A stretch of 64,000 bases of DNA from Candidatus Marinacidobacterales bacterium. GTDB lineage: Bacteria > Acidobacteriota > Vicinamibacteria > Marinacidobacterales > SMYC01. Below the pieces are notes generated by a model. It ran no database searches. It was not told where the DNA came from and saw only the letters and a program-made list of their open reading frames with translations. Below are positions 9,770 to 19,962 of this stretch, piece after piece; position 1 is the first letter of the stretch; each line of letters begins with the position of its first letter. The position numbers and the translations under genes were made by a program. The stretch covers positions 1,637,188 through 1,701,187 of the forward strand of contig CBDCYI010000011.1 in assembly GCA_965224085.1 (NCBI GenBank), given 5' to 3'.

Positions 9770-11330
9770 ATGCCTGTCGTCGGTGAAAATTGGAATCAAT
9801 TCAAGCTTCTCGAACCACTCGGCAAGGGGGGGATGGGCCGCGTCTTCCTTGCAGAAGACACCGCGCTGAACCGAAAAGTGGCGCTCAAGTTCCTGCCCGA
9901 GTCGCTGGAGGAGGATCCGGAGGCGCGCGAGCGCTTCTTGACGGAAGCCAAATCGGTGGCCGCTCTCGATCATCCGTATATCTGCAAGATCTACGAAATC
10001 GGCGAAGTCAATGGCAGAGCGTTCTTCGCGATGGAGTACATCGAAGGCGTCACACTCGCGGAGAAGCTCTTGGCAGGACCTCTACGTGTCCCCCACATTC
10101 TCGAGCTCGGTGTCGAGCTCACCGATGCCTTGGAGGCCGCTCACAAAAAGGGCATCGTGCATCGGGACATCAAGACGTCGAATATCATCGTGACACCCGA
10201 TGGCCACGTCAAAATTCTCGATTTCGGCGTCGCCAAGAGAGTCGCGATGGATGAGCTATCGAGCAGTAAAGTCGATACGTATTCGGGCCGCCTCTCATCG
10301 AGCAGCGGAACACCGGGCACGGTCATCTACATGTCGCCAGAACAGGTTCGGGGCGAGGCCGTCGACGGGCGCACCGACATCTTCTCTCTAGGCATCGTGC
10401 TTTATGAAATGGCAACGGGCACCATCCCCTATCAGGGAGCGACGTCCGGACTCATCTACGACGCGATCTTGAACCTCGGAGCCCACCACGAACCTACAAC
10501 CCCAATCTGCCCGAAGGTCTCGAGCGCCTCATCCTGAAGTCTCTCGAAAAAAATAGAGACCACCGGTTCCAGTCCGCCAAAGACTTGATGGTGGAGCTCA
10601 AGCAGATGAAGCGCGACACCGATAGCGGCGCCGGGATCCCGACCGTCGTCGTCCCCGAGGAAGCCGCGACATCAGGGAACAAGGCCTTGCTCTGGGCGCT
10701 TTTCGGCCTCGCTCTGCTTCTCGTGATCGGCCTCGCGATTTTCCGGGCGTTCTCGGGCACCCCGACGGGCATGATCGGCTCCCTCGCGGTTCTGCCTTTC
10801 GAGAACACGCAGAACGATCCCGAGATCGACTACCTCGGGGACGGTATCGCCGAGACCCTCATCAATCGTCTTTCACCGCTTCCTCAGCTCGCGGTCATGG
10901 CGCGCAGCACCGCGTTCCGCTACCGCGAGAGCAACGTCGACCCTCGAGCAGTCGGGCGTGAGCTCGGTGTCGGTGCGGTGCTCACGGGACGCATCGTGCG
11001 CCAGGGCGAGAACTTGAACGTTCAAGCCGAGCTCGTCGATGTCGCCAACGGCACACAAATCTGGGGTGAACAGTACAACCGTGCTTTCGCGGACATCGTG
11101 ACCGTCCAGAACGAGATCGCGCGGCAGATCTCGCAGGCGCTGCGACTCGAGCTCGCCGAAGAGGAAGCGGCCCGGATCGCGGTGCCCCTAACCGCGGACA
11201 GCGAAGCGTACCAAGCCTACTGGCGGGGCCGCTTTCATTGGAATCGCCGCACGGTCGCGGATCTCGAGAAAGCCATCGAGCTCTTCGAGGAGGCGAAAGC
11301 GGCCGATCCCGAATTCGCGCTGGAAGCCTG
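9770..11330 (+). pseudogene. Ser/Thr protein kinase-TM-TolB_N-TPR gene, frameshifted and truncated
   Basis: LGKGGMG, HRDIK, DFG, YMSPEQ; frame change near 10480-10500 (continues YNPNLPEGLERLILKSLEK); SLAVLPFEN; breaks after first TPR. Confidence 0.85.
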
Positions 11331-11690
11331 CCCCGGTGTGGGCCTGTGGTTACGCTCGAATTTCTGCCACCTTTTGTCTCCGCGTAGGAAGCCGACCACG
11401 CCCTTCCAGCGAGCCAAAAAAATCAGCGGGCGGTAGAACAAGTATTCCAGAGCTCCAAGCGTGATGAAACTCAAGTGCGCGCGCCGGCGATAGCGGTACG
11501 ATGCCACAACTCCGGTTGTGAGTCGATGGCGAGTAGACTCGTGACGGCGACGACCGAGGCCAGGTTCTTCAGCGCCAGTCGCATCGACTGGAGCAGCGCC
11601 TTCGAGTCGTACATGCTGTCGGCGTCGACGCAGCAAAGGTAGCGATAGCGCGCGAAATTGACGGCACAGTTCAGGGACAAGAGAGCGAGC
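11330..11690 (-). pseudogene. GT2 (PgaC-like) glycosyltransferase fragments
   Basis: LNCAVNFARYRYLCCVDADS joined almost directly to a C-terminal LEY..YRPL...WQKFER segment; middle and start missing. Confidence 0.7.
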
Positions 11691-11773
11691 TCGCGTGATC
11701 CGTGTCGCGAGCCACACGGCCATCGTACAAGCTTTCGCCAAGCGCCCAGAGAGGAAGAGTATACTAGCCACCC

Positions 11774-12561
11774 GTGACCAAACGATTGTTCGTGGCGTGG
11801 TTGCTCCTGGGAGGGTGCCGCGTAGTCCCTTCCGAAGAACATCCGCCGCCGCCATCGTCGACGACGAGCTACGTGTTTCAAATGAAGACGATCGAGCAAA
11901 CGCTCGACGGATGCATCGCGGGCGCGGAAGACTGCACTTATTTACGGCTCGACTTTCCCATGGTCACCGACGCCGTCGACGGCGTTGCCGTCGACGCGAT
12001 CACGAATGCCGTCCACGGGTTCATCACCGAGCCGCTCCAGCCCGACGGCGCGGGCATCACGGCCAAAGAGCTCATCGACGAATTCTTTGCAAGCTACGCG
12101 GAGCTGCGGCGAGCTGTGGCGGACTACCAGCTCCCTTGGTTTCTCGAACGCAAAGCCTTCGTCGTGAACAACGCGCCCGATATTTGTGCCTCAGTTTCGC
12201 GTCACGCTCGTTCATGGGCGGAGCCCACGGGAACACCACGATCAGGTTCGAGAACTTCAACCCGCGGACGGGCGAGCGCGTCGAGCTTGCGGATTTGTTC
12301 GTGAGCGGCTACGAAGCGAAGCTCCTCCCGCTAGCCCAGGACCGTTTCCGCGAAGTGCGCGCGATCGAAGAGGGCGTTACCCTCGCCGATGCAGGTTTCA
12401 GCTTTTCCGAGAACGTAGCCTTCACCCTTTCCGACAACTTCGCGGTCGAGAAAGACGGTCTCACGTTCTACTACAACCCTTATGAGGTCGCCCCTTACGC
12501 GTTGGGCGCCACCGAGTTGACGTTGAGCTACGAAGAGCTCGACGGTCTCCTGAAGGAGTGA
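11774..12561 (+). pseudogene. DUF4163/DUF3298 (RsiV-like) lipoprotein, frameshift near 12180
   Basis: LLLGGC lipobox in one frame; GGAHGN and FYYNPYEVAPYALG in another. Confidence 0.75.
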
Positions 12562-12564
12562 GCC

Positions 12565-13641
12565 ATGGAACGCAGAGATTGGTTGAAGATGGCGGGGCTC
12601 GGTGCGCTCGGCGCAAGCTGCCGGAGCGCCGGCGGCTCCAAGCTCGCGAAAGTCGACGTCTCGCCCGAGCGGGTCATTCGAACGACCGTCGGTCTCAGGC
12701 CCTTTCGCCCATCGGGGTTCCGGGTCGAGAAAGAGACCCTCGAAGGCAAGACCGTCGTTCATAACTACGGCCACGGAGGCGGCGGGATGTCCCTTTCGTG
12801 GGGCTCTTCGTATTTGGCGGTGGAGCAAGCGCTGGCAACGGGCGAGACGCGCTTCGCGATCATCGGCTGCGGCGTAATGGGGCTTTCGACCGCGCGGCTT
12901 CTGCAAAAACACGGGATGGACGTGACCATCTATTCGAAGGACATCCCTCCCAACACAACCTCCAACATGTCCGCGGCATGGTGGAGCCCCGGCTCGACCG
13001 TCGACCCGAGCGAGCGGACCGAAGCTTACGACCAGCAATTCGTCAGAGCGGCGCGATTCGCCAATCGCTACTATCAGAACTATGTCGGTCTGGAATACGG
13101 CGTCCGGTGGCGCCCGCGCTACAACGTCTCCGAAGACCCGCCCGAGCCCGGTCGGCGCGATCTGATCGCCGATCTCTTTCCTGAAGGCAAAAACCTCGAG
13201 CCCGGAGATCATCCTTTTCCGTGGCCCTACGTTCACCGCAGCTGGACGATGCTCATCGAACCGCCAACCTACATGCGTGCGCTCTTGCGGGACTACCGCA
13301 TTGCCGGCGGGGACGTCGTGCTACGCGCGTTCGAGAATCTCGACGAGGTCCTTGCCCTCGATGAGGCTGTCATCATGAATTGCAGCGGGCTCGGCGCCCG
13401 GGATCTCTTCGGCGACGAGACTCTGACGCCCATCAAAGGTCAGCTCACGGTCCTGCTGCCCCAACCCGAGCTCGACTACATCATGGTGGGAGGCGGCCTC
13501 TACATGATCCCGCGGCGCGATGGGGTTGCGCTCGGAACGACGCACGAGCGCGGCGATTGGTCGCTCGAGCCAAGCCGAACCGAGATGCACCGCGTAATGG
13601 AAGGCCACACCGGGTTCTGGAGTCAAATGGACTCCGCGTGA
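12565..13641 (+). CDS. Tat-exported lipoprotein FAD-dependent D-amino acid oxidase, circularly permuted
   Basis: MERRDWLK...LGASC; VGLRP and VHNYGHGGGG precede IIGCGVMGLSTA; NCSGLGA, PIKGQ. Confidence 0.85.
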   Translation: MERRDWLKMAGLGALGASCRSAGGSKLAKVDVSPERVIRTTVGLRPFRPSGFRVEKETLEGKTVVHNYGHGGGGMSLSWGSSYLAVEQALATGETRFAIIGCGVMGLSTARLLQKHGMDVTIYSKDIPPNTTSNMSAAWWSPGSTVDPSERTEAYDQQFVRAARFANRYYQNYVGLEYGVRWRPRYNVSEDPPEPGRRDLIADLFPEGKNLEPGDHPFPWPYVHRSWTMLIEPPTYMRALLRDYRIAGGDVVLRAFENLDEVLALDEAVIMNCSGLGARDLFGDETLTPIKGQLTVLLPQPELDYIMVGGGLYMIPRRDGVALGTTHERGDWSLEPSRTEMHRVMEGHTGFWSQMDSA

Positions 13642-14315
13642 GAGGGCTCTTAGCACTCGTAGCCCTCGCCGCCGGCGGAGTCTTGACGCGCGCGCTCCTG
13701 ATGCCTCCCGACTACGGCCGCGCTCCGAGGCTCGCGGCTGTCGTCGACGGCGGCAAGATGGAAGAGTTCCTGCAAAGCGCCGCCGAGACGGAGGTCGTCC
13801 TTCGCTGGGTCGCGGATGGCGCACCAGGGAAAAGCTGGCCGGAAGTACGTGCCGTTCTCGAACGGCGCTGCGTGTCTTGTCACTACACCGACGCTGACGC
13901 TTTCGAGATCTTGCCTCTCGACGCCTACGGGCCGGCCGCGCGCGCCGCCAAGGTCGAGCCTATCCTGCGGGAGAAAATCACGGGCGGAACGATGGGCGAA
14001 TACCTGGAGAGCCCGAAAGCGCAGCAGGCCCTTCTCGCTTGGATCGACGGGGGCGCACGCGAGGCAACGTGGCCCGAGGCGAGAGAAGTCTTGAGCGAGC
14101 ACTGTGTGCATTGCCACAACCCCGAAGGCGTTCAAGGCATCCCGAGGCTCGATGTCTATCGTCCCGCGGCGCGACTCGCGACGATGCCCGAGCCCGCGCC
14201 CCGTCCGTTCCTGATCCCCGCGATCGTGCTCGCCGGAGCGAGCCTCGGGCTCTCCGTTTACGGACGCTTCCGCAAGTCTCCCGGCATGGCTACGGAAAGC
14301 TCTCGTACACTCTGA
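13638..14315 (+). CDS. Membrane-anchored diheme c-type cytochrome
   Basis: GTGA overlap; duplicated W...GA...WPE.R.VL...CxxCH (CVSCH, CVHCH); hydrophobic helices at both ends. Confidence 0.75.
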   Translation: MRGLLALVALAAGGVLTRALLMPPDYGRAPRLAAVVDGGKMEEFLQSAAETEVVLRWVADGAPGKSWPEVRAVLERRCVSCHYTDADAFEILPLDAYGPAARAAKVEPILREKITGGTMGEYLESPKAQQALLAWIDGGAREATWPEAREVLSEHCVHCHNPEGVQGIPRLDVYRPAARLATMPEPAPRPFLIPAIVLAGASLGLSVYGRFRKSPGMATESSRTL

Positions 14316-14536
14316 AAGTCCTTATCCGCAGTGGCCATCACCTCGAGCCCGGCCTCGAGGGCCGTGGAGGCCATGAGTGAGCCGTCCATCATGAGGCCAA
14401 ATTCGAATCTCAATTCCGAAGTACGCCAAAGTATCTTGAGGTCGAGCGGGACAACCTCCACCCCCATAAGGGGAATCTTCTGAACGTTCTCATGATACGT
14501 ACTGAGCTTCTTGACGACGCCAGGTTTCTTCCTTAG

Positions 14537-15076
14537 TGTCTCTTCCGGGGATGGTCGAAACCCCTCGCCTTTAGGCGAAGAGAAGATCGTGGTATTGTGG
14601 TCGCGTGCGTCACTACAGGCACGGAGCGCACACGAAAACGGACCTAAAAGCGCACATCGTTTGGATACCGAAATATCGTAAAAAGGTTTTGATCGGTCCA
14701 GTAGCGGTTCGTGTGCGCGATCTGATTCGTCAGATCGCGATGGAACATGAGCTGCACATAATCTCGGGTAAGGTTGCACGCGACCACGTCCACGTGTTCG
14801 TATCCTACCGACCACACCAGGACCTGAGTACGATCGTGCAGTGGCTAAAAGGAATAAGCTCCCGAGTACTCCTTCAGGAGTTTGCTCACCTGAGGAAGAA
14901 GTTTTGGGGCCGGCACTTCTGGGCCCGAGGATATCTGGCGGTGAGTTCAGGAAGCATAACGGACGAGATGGTAAAGGAGTACATAGACTCCCAGGATGGC
15001 GAGCCTCTTCACGACGACAGTCAATTTCCAATTGACAGCCCTTGAAGCCACCGCCTTCTAGGCGGTGGTTGTTCAC
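14537..15076 (+). mobile_element. Minimal 540-bp IS200/IS605-family element (tnpA only)
   Basis: Inserted after TTAG with no duplication; subterminal hairpins TCGCCTTTAGGCGA and CCACCGCCTTCTAGGCGGTGG; ends TTCAC. Confidence 0.9.
14605..15045 (+). CDS. tnpA: IS200/IS605 Y1 transposase
   Basis: HIVWIPKYRK, DHVH (HUH), LKGISS, FWARGY, EYI. Confidence 0.95.
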   Translation: MRHYRHGAHTKTDLKAHIVWIPKYRKKVLIGPVAVRVRDLIRQIAMEHELHIISGKVARDHVHVFVSYRPHQDLSTIVQWLKGISSRVLLQEFAHLRKKFWGRHFWARGYLAVSSGSITDEMVKEYIDSQDGEPLHDDSQFPIDSP

Positions 15077-15296
15077 TTTCTTCGCGACGTTGCCGGACGA
15101 GACCAATCCGAGCGAAACCGCCTCCAGCATCATCAGTCGGTGCGAAACTTCGACGAGCGCGGCCGCCGACGTAACCGCCTTCAACTGTCCGCTCTCACAG
15201 CGCTCTAGGAACCTACGGCACGGAAGTGATGAGCCGGAGAAGTGGTACACAAAGACGGTCGCGTCGACAAAGACCGAGAGTCCAGCAGGGATCTCG

Positions 15297-15506
15297 TCAA
15301 GAGTCAATCCAGTCCTCTTCGGCCATGATCTTGCGGAGCTCTGACGCCGGAAGTGTCAAGGACCCCCAAGTCTCGGCGACCACCCCCAAGCCTCGGCCCG
15401 GTACATCGCGCTCGTCGAGATACTTCTGAAGCGCCTCGCCGATGATTTCACTGATCTGCTTCCCGCGCACGACGGACTCCAGCTTTGCGCGCCGATAGAG
15501 GCGCTC
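15297..15506 (-). pseudogene. RHH-type antitoxin lacking its start codon
   Basis: ERLYRRAKLESVVRGKQISEIIGEALQKYLDE...EEDWIDS*; overlaps the PIN start; no ATG/GTG/TTG in frame before an upstream TGA. Confidence 0.7.
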
Positions 15507-15850
15507 ACGAAGAAGCCATGGGTACGGCGATTGTCGTTGAAGCGCGTGTCCCCGGTCGACGCCGTCGGCTTGTAGAGATAACGGCGGATCACGACAGGGT
15601 CACCCGTCGCATCAGCGCTCTCGGGACCGGGCTCGGATGACATGAAGGCAATGGAGCTCGAGTCCGGCGACCACGCGAGCCGCTCTCCCGAAGATGGCAA
15701 CGGATGATTCGTTCCCGAGATTGGCGCGAGAAAGCGCTCGCTCCCTCCGGAAGCGTCAAACAGCAGAAGGCGCGAAAGCTCCGGAACGATATCATCCAAA
15801 TCGACCAAAGTCTTCTTTCGGCCGATCAAAAGAGTTGCATCAAGGACCAC
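15507..15850 (-). pseudogene. Fused fragments of a phytase-like esterase and an S9 peptidase beta-propeller
   Basis: KKTLVDLDDIVPEL (resembles the 17381 gene), then GTNHPLPSSGERLAWSPD...YLYKP...RFNDNRR. Confidence 0.6.
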
Positions 15851-15902
15851 GGATGGAAGATCATGCGTCTTTCCCAGAGCACCCTACAGGAGGAGTTCAG
15901 AG

Positions 15903-16799
15903 ATGCGAAAACAGCTTCCGATCGCGATGATCGCTGTCGCGATCGCGGCCGTTGTCTCTTTTTACTCGTTCGCCACAACCCGAGCCATCCAGGACCCGGA
16001 GTACCGGGCGCCGCGGACGGCGGATGGTAAACCCGACCTGAACGGGATCTGGCAAGCTATCGGCTCGGCCCACTGGGACGTCGAACCGCATGCCGCGCGC
16101 ATGGGACCCGTCGTCGAGCTCGCCGCGCTTGGAGCCATGCCCGGAGGGCTCGGCATCGTAGAGGGTGGCGGCGAGATACCCTACACTCCCGAGGCGCGAG
16201 CGAAGCAGCAAGACAATCTCGAGCACTGGCTCGCGCGCGACCCTGCCGTGAAGTGCTACATGCCAGGGGTGCCGCGCGCCACCTATATGCCGTACCCGTT
16301 CCAGATCGTCCAGACGCCCGACACCATTCTGATCTCCTACGAGTTCGCGAGCTCAAGCCGGATCGTTTACATGAACCGTCCGGATTTCGAGGCGCCCGTC
16401 GAAGCGTGGATGGGACACTCGCGGGCTCTCTGGGAGGGTGAGACGCTGGTCGTCGACGTGACGTCGAACGTAGGCGATACGTGGCTCGATAGCTCCGGAA
16501 ACCACCATAGCGACAAGCTCCACGTCGTCGAGCGCTACACCGCCATCAGCCCGAACAACTTGATGTACGAGGCGACGCTCGAAGATCCCGAGACTTATAC
16601 GCGACCCTGGACGATCCGAGTGCCGCTCTATCGGCGTATCGATGAGAGCATGCAACTCTTGGAGTTCAAGTGTGTGGAGTTCGCCGAAGAGCTGATGTAT
16701 GGACACCTGCGCAAGAATCCGGACCTTACGCCGGTCTATCGAGCCACCGGTGTCGGGTCGGCCCGAGAAGCCGCATCCGGTGAAGGAGGTAATCCATGA
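15903..16799 (+). CDS. Conserved secreted hypothetical protein
   Basis: Signal peptide; PRTADGKPDLNGIWQA, DP..KC..PG.PR, WEGETLVVD, HSDKLHVVERY. Confidence 0.85.
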   Translation: MRKQLPIAMIAVAIAAVVSFYSFATTRAIQDPEYRAPRTADGKPDLNGIWQAIGSAHWDVEPHAARMGPVVELAALGAMPGGLGIVEGGGEIPYTPEARAKQQDNLEHWLARDPAVKCYMPGVPRATYMPYPFQIVQTPDTILISYEFASSSRIVYMNRPDFEAPVEAWMGHSRALWEGETLVVDVTSNVGDTWLDSSGNHHSDKLHVVERYTAISPNNLMYEATLEDPETYTRPWTIRVPLYRRIDESMQLLEFKCVEFAEELMYGHLRKNPDLTPVYRATGVGSAREAASGEGGNP

Positions 16800-17260
16800 G
16801 GAAGGAGATTCCAATACGAGTGAAGCTAGCATTTGCGGTGGCTGGTCTAGCGCTCATGATAGCCGCGGTGCCGGTAGTGGCCCATCATGCATTTTCGGCC
16901 GAGTTCGACGCGACGCGGCCACTCAAGCTCGAAGGCGCGGTCGTCAAGGTGGAGTGGATCAATCCCCATGCTTGGATCCATATCGAAGTCGCGCAAGAGG
17001 AGGGCGCGAAAGAAGTGTGGGCGATCGAGGGTGGCACTCCGAACACGTTGTTCCGGCGCGGTTTCAAGAAGGACTCGCTCATGCCCGGCACGGATATCGT
17101 GGTCGACGGCTATCAAGCCAAGGACGGGTCGAACAAGATGAACGGCCGGAACCTGACGCTCCCCAACGGCGATAGTCTGTTCTTGGGCTCGTCCGGGACC
17201 GGCGCGCCGCGGGATGGCGCGGATCCGAGAGAGCGACCACGGAAAAAGCCGAAAAAGTAG
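16796..17260 (+). CDS. DUF6152-family secreted protein
   Basis: AHHAFSAEFD, VEWINPHAWIHI; ATGA overlap. Confidence 0.8.
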   Translation: MRKEIPIRVKLAFAVAGLALMIAAVPVVAHHAFSAEFDATRPLKLEGAVVKVEWINPHAWIHIEVAQEEGAKEVWAIEGGTPNTLFRRGFKKDSLMPGTDIVVDGYQAKDGSNKMNGRNLTLPNGDSLFLGSSGTGAPRDGADPRERPRKKPKK

Positions 17261-17380
17261 CTCGTACTCTGGATTGTGTCTACCAAGACGCGTGCCACGA
17301 AGAGAATCGGAGCATGACGGTGGTCCTCGAGGTCGCTCGCGCTGAGGCGCGCGCCGAAGCCGAGCGGAACGGACCGGCAG

Positions 17381-18505
17381 TCAGGTCAAACGAAACAGCA
17401 AAAAGACGGTGCGTTGCGAATCTTCGAAATTGTCGTCGCTAACCAGGAGAAGGCTTTGGCCCCCATCCGGCAGCACGGGACCGAGACCCATCGCCTCGAA
17501 GTTGTCGAGGCTCTGATAGCCCGGCGAGAGTTCCGGAACGATATCGTCCAAATCGAGCAAGAGCTCTTTTTGGACGGGCCGCCAGTCGCCATTTTGAAGC
17601 GTCGAGAGAGCCGTGACGTCCGAAGCGTCCTCTAGGTCGACCACGAAAATCCGGCCGCGGCTGACGCTTCTCCTGTCGCCTTTTTTATCGCGGATGTAAT
17701 CGCGCTCGAGGGCGAGAAGGCGCGTTGTCGAAAGAGCAACGAGCTCCACGAGGCCCGATTCCCCGTCGGCATCGCCGAAGCCCGCGACCGATGCGAGAGG
17801 TCCAATAGGATAGACGTACTCGCCGCCCCGAACGAGCTCACGGCCAGAAATCTCATATTCGAAGATACGTATGAACCCCGGCCTGTCGAACGACGCTTCG
17901 TGACCGTCTTGCAGAAGAGGCCACTCGGTGCCGACGTACAGGCGTCCTCCGTCCGGAGAGAGCGTCAAGCTTTCGAAGCCGCGATTGTGCCGTACGCCTT
18001 TGTCCCGAGACTCGCCCTCGACGACACACTTGGGTGGAATAGTGAAACCACGCGCCAGACGCCCAGCGCGATCGAACTCGAGCAGCTTCGCTTGCTCGAC
18101 GGGTTCCGGTCGAAAGTCCGCCTCCGTCGATACGAGAAGCGTGCCCCAAGGTGTCGCCACAAGGCCCTCTGGGTCGAGCCTCCTATTAGCGAAGCTATCG
18201 CCTCCCGTTTTTACGAGGAAGGTCGCCCCCACCGGCTCGACGATTAGCTCCCCATCCTTGAACGAAGTCGCGACCGTGAACAAGCGCGAGCGACGTCTCG
18301 CATCCGACAAGACTAGCCAACTTTCCGACGCGCCGTTGTAGGCGACGGCCGAGATCCCTCCTATCGCCACGCCCGCATAGCGCGTATTTGACGGCAAGTT
18401 GAAATCCGCGAGAAAGTCGAGCTCTAGAGGCTCCGGCGCTCGGCCCACGTCTTCCGCGCAGCTCGCAAAAGCCACGAGGAGGAGTGCAGAGAAGAGCCTC
18501 CTCAC
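17381..18505 (-). CDS. Lipoprotein, esterase-like activity of phytase family
   Basis: GTG 18505, FASC lipobox; GGISA, LSD, DPEG, NRGFESL, DNFEAM, VSDDNF. Confidence 0.85.
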   Translation of the reverse strand: MRRLFSALLLVAFASCAEDVGRAPEPLELDFLADFNLPSNTRYAGVAIGGISAVAYNGASESWLVLSDARRRSRLFTVATSFKDGELIVEPVGATFLVKTGGDSFANRRLDPEGLVATPWGTLLVSTEADFRPEPVEQAKLLEFDRAGRLARGFTIPPKCVVEGESRDKGVRHNRGFESLTLSPDGGRLYVGTEWPLLQDGHEASFDRPGFIRIFEYEISGRELVRGGEYVYPIGPLASVAGFGDADGESGLVELVALSTTRLLALERDYIRDKKGDRRSVSRGRIFVVDLEDASDVTALSTLQNGDWRPVQKELLLDLDDIVPELSPGYQSLDNFEAMGLGPVLPDGGQSLLLVSDDNFEDSQRTVFLLFRLT

Positions 18506-18515
18506 GCCAAGGCGC

Positions 18516-19907
18516 CTAGGCCGGCTGCTCGGCGAGAAAGCTGATGAGGTCGATTTTGGTGAAAATGCCGCTGACGGAGTCCTCGTCGAGTACCACCGCG
18601 ATGTGACCGCGGTTAAAAACTTCCGCAAGCGCCTCGAGCGAGTTCCGCGGGGAGACGACTTCCATTTGTTCCGTGTTAACGAGCGGGGCAATCGGATCCT
18701 TCGCGCCCGCGTTCGCCTGGACCATGCGATCGAGAATCGCAAACTCGGTGATCATACCCGAGAGCTTACCGTCATCGACCACTGGAAGCTGCGAGATATT
18801 GTGCTCCTTCATCACACGCACGACATCAGCCATGGACGCGTTCGAATCGACCGTGATGACGGTCTGGATACGTTTCGACACAAGCAGGTCCGAGACCGTG
18901 CTCTCTCCGAGATCGGTCTCCATGAAGCGATTTTGCCGCATCCAATCGTCGTTGAAGAATTTCGACAAGTAGCGCGAGCCGGAGTCCGGCAACAGCACGA
19001 CCACGACCTTGTCTGCGGGAAGGTCGCGCGCGTAACGAAGTGCGGCCGCAGCCGCTGTGCCGCACGAGCCGCCCACGAAGAGCCCTTCTTCCCTTCCAAG
19101 ACGGCGTGCGATAACGAAGGATTCCTTGTCGCCGACCTGGAAAACGTCGTCGACGACGTCGAAGTTCATCGTCGAGGGCAGAAAATCTTCTCCGACACCT
19201 TCGACCTTGTAGGAATGCGCCGCGCCGAGATTGCCCGTCTTGAAATATTCGTAATAGAGCGAGCCCACCGGATCGGCGCCAATGATCTTGATATCCTGGT
19301 TCTTTTCCTTCAGATATTTGCCCATACCGGAAATCGTCCCCCCGGTGCCCATACCAACAACGAGCGCGTCAATCTTGCCGCCTGTCTGCTCCCAGACTTC
19401 GGGCCCGGTCGAATCGTAATGCGCCTGCGGGTTCACCGGATTGTGGTACTGATTCGCGTAGAGGCAGTTCGGCGTCTCCTCGGAAAGCTTACGAGAGACG
19501 CAGTAATAGCTCCGCGGGTCCTCCGGCTCCACCGCTATGGGACAAACGACCACTTTGGCCCCGAGAGCTTCGAGCGCGCGGATCTTCTCGTCGCTCATCT
19601 TGTCGGGCATGACGAAGATGGCCTTGTAGCCCTTGATGGAGGCTGCGAGCGCGAGCCCCATTCCTGTATTGCCCGACGTGGCCTCGACGATCGTACCGCC
19701 TGGCTTGAGCAGCCCTTTCTTCTCGGCATCTTCGATGATGGCGATCCCGATACGGTCCTTAACCGATCCGCCGGGGTTGAAAAATTCCAGTTTCGCGAGC
19801 ACGGTGGCCTTGATGCCGCGCGTAACGTTGGTGAGCTTGACGAGAGGCGTATTGCCAATCGTTTCGAGGACGTTCTCAGCGATCCTAGGAAGAGGGCCTT
19901 TCGACAT
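18516..19907 (-). CDS. cbs: Cystathionine beta-synthase with C-terminal CBS pair
   Basis: IGNTPLV, NPGGSVKDR, EATSGNTG, GTGGT, PDSGSRYLSK, tandem CBS domains. Confidence 0.9.
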   Translation of the reverse strand: MSKGPLPRIAENVLETIGNTPLVKLTNVTRGIKATVLAKLEFFNPGGSVKDRIGIAIIEDAEKKGLLKPGGTIVEATSGNTGMGLALAASIKGYKAIFVMPDKMSDEKIRALEALGAKVVVCPIAVEPEDPRSYYCVSRKLSEETPNCLYANQYHNPVNPQAHYDSTGPEVWEQTGGKIDALVVGMGTGGTISGMGKYLKEKNQDIKIIGADPVGSLYYEYFKTGNLGAAHSYKVEGVGEDFLPSTMNFDVVDDVFQVGDKESFVIARRLGREEGLFVGGSCGTAAAAALRYARDLPADKVVVVLLPDSGSRYLSKFFNDDWMRQNRFMETDLGESTVSDLLVSKRIQTVITVDSNASMADVVRVMKEHNISQLPVVDDGKLSGMITEFAILDRMVQANAGAKDPIAPLVNTEQMEVVSPRNSLEALAEVFNRGHIAVVLDEDSVSGIFTKIDLISFLAEQPA

Positions 19908-19962
19908 TATTAAGATTCTACTTCCCGAAGCGCCGTCCCACAACGTCGGAGGAAGGGGAGGA

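Larger units (their letters stand above)
14258..15307 (-). pseudogene. vapC: PIN/VapC toxin interrupted in frame by an IS200
   Basis: VFVDATVF, VEV, MDGSL, TADKDF; removing 14537-15076 gives ...GNVAKK|LRKKPG..., 169 aa. Confidence 0.85.
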
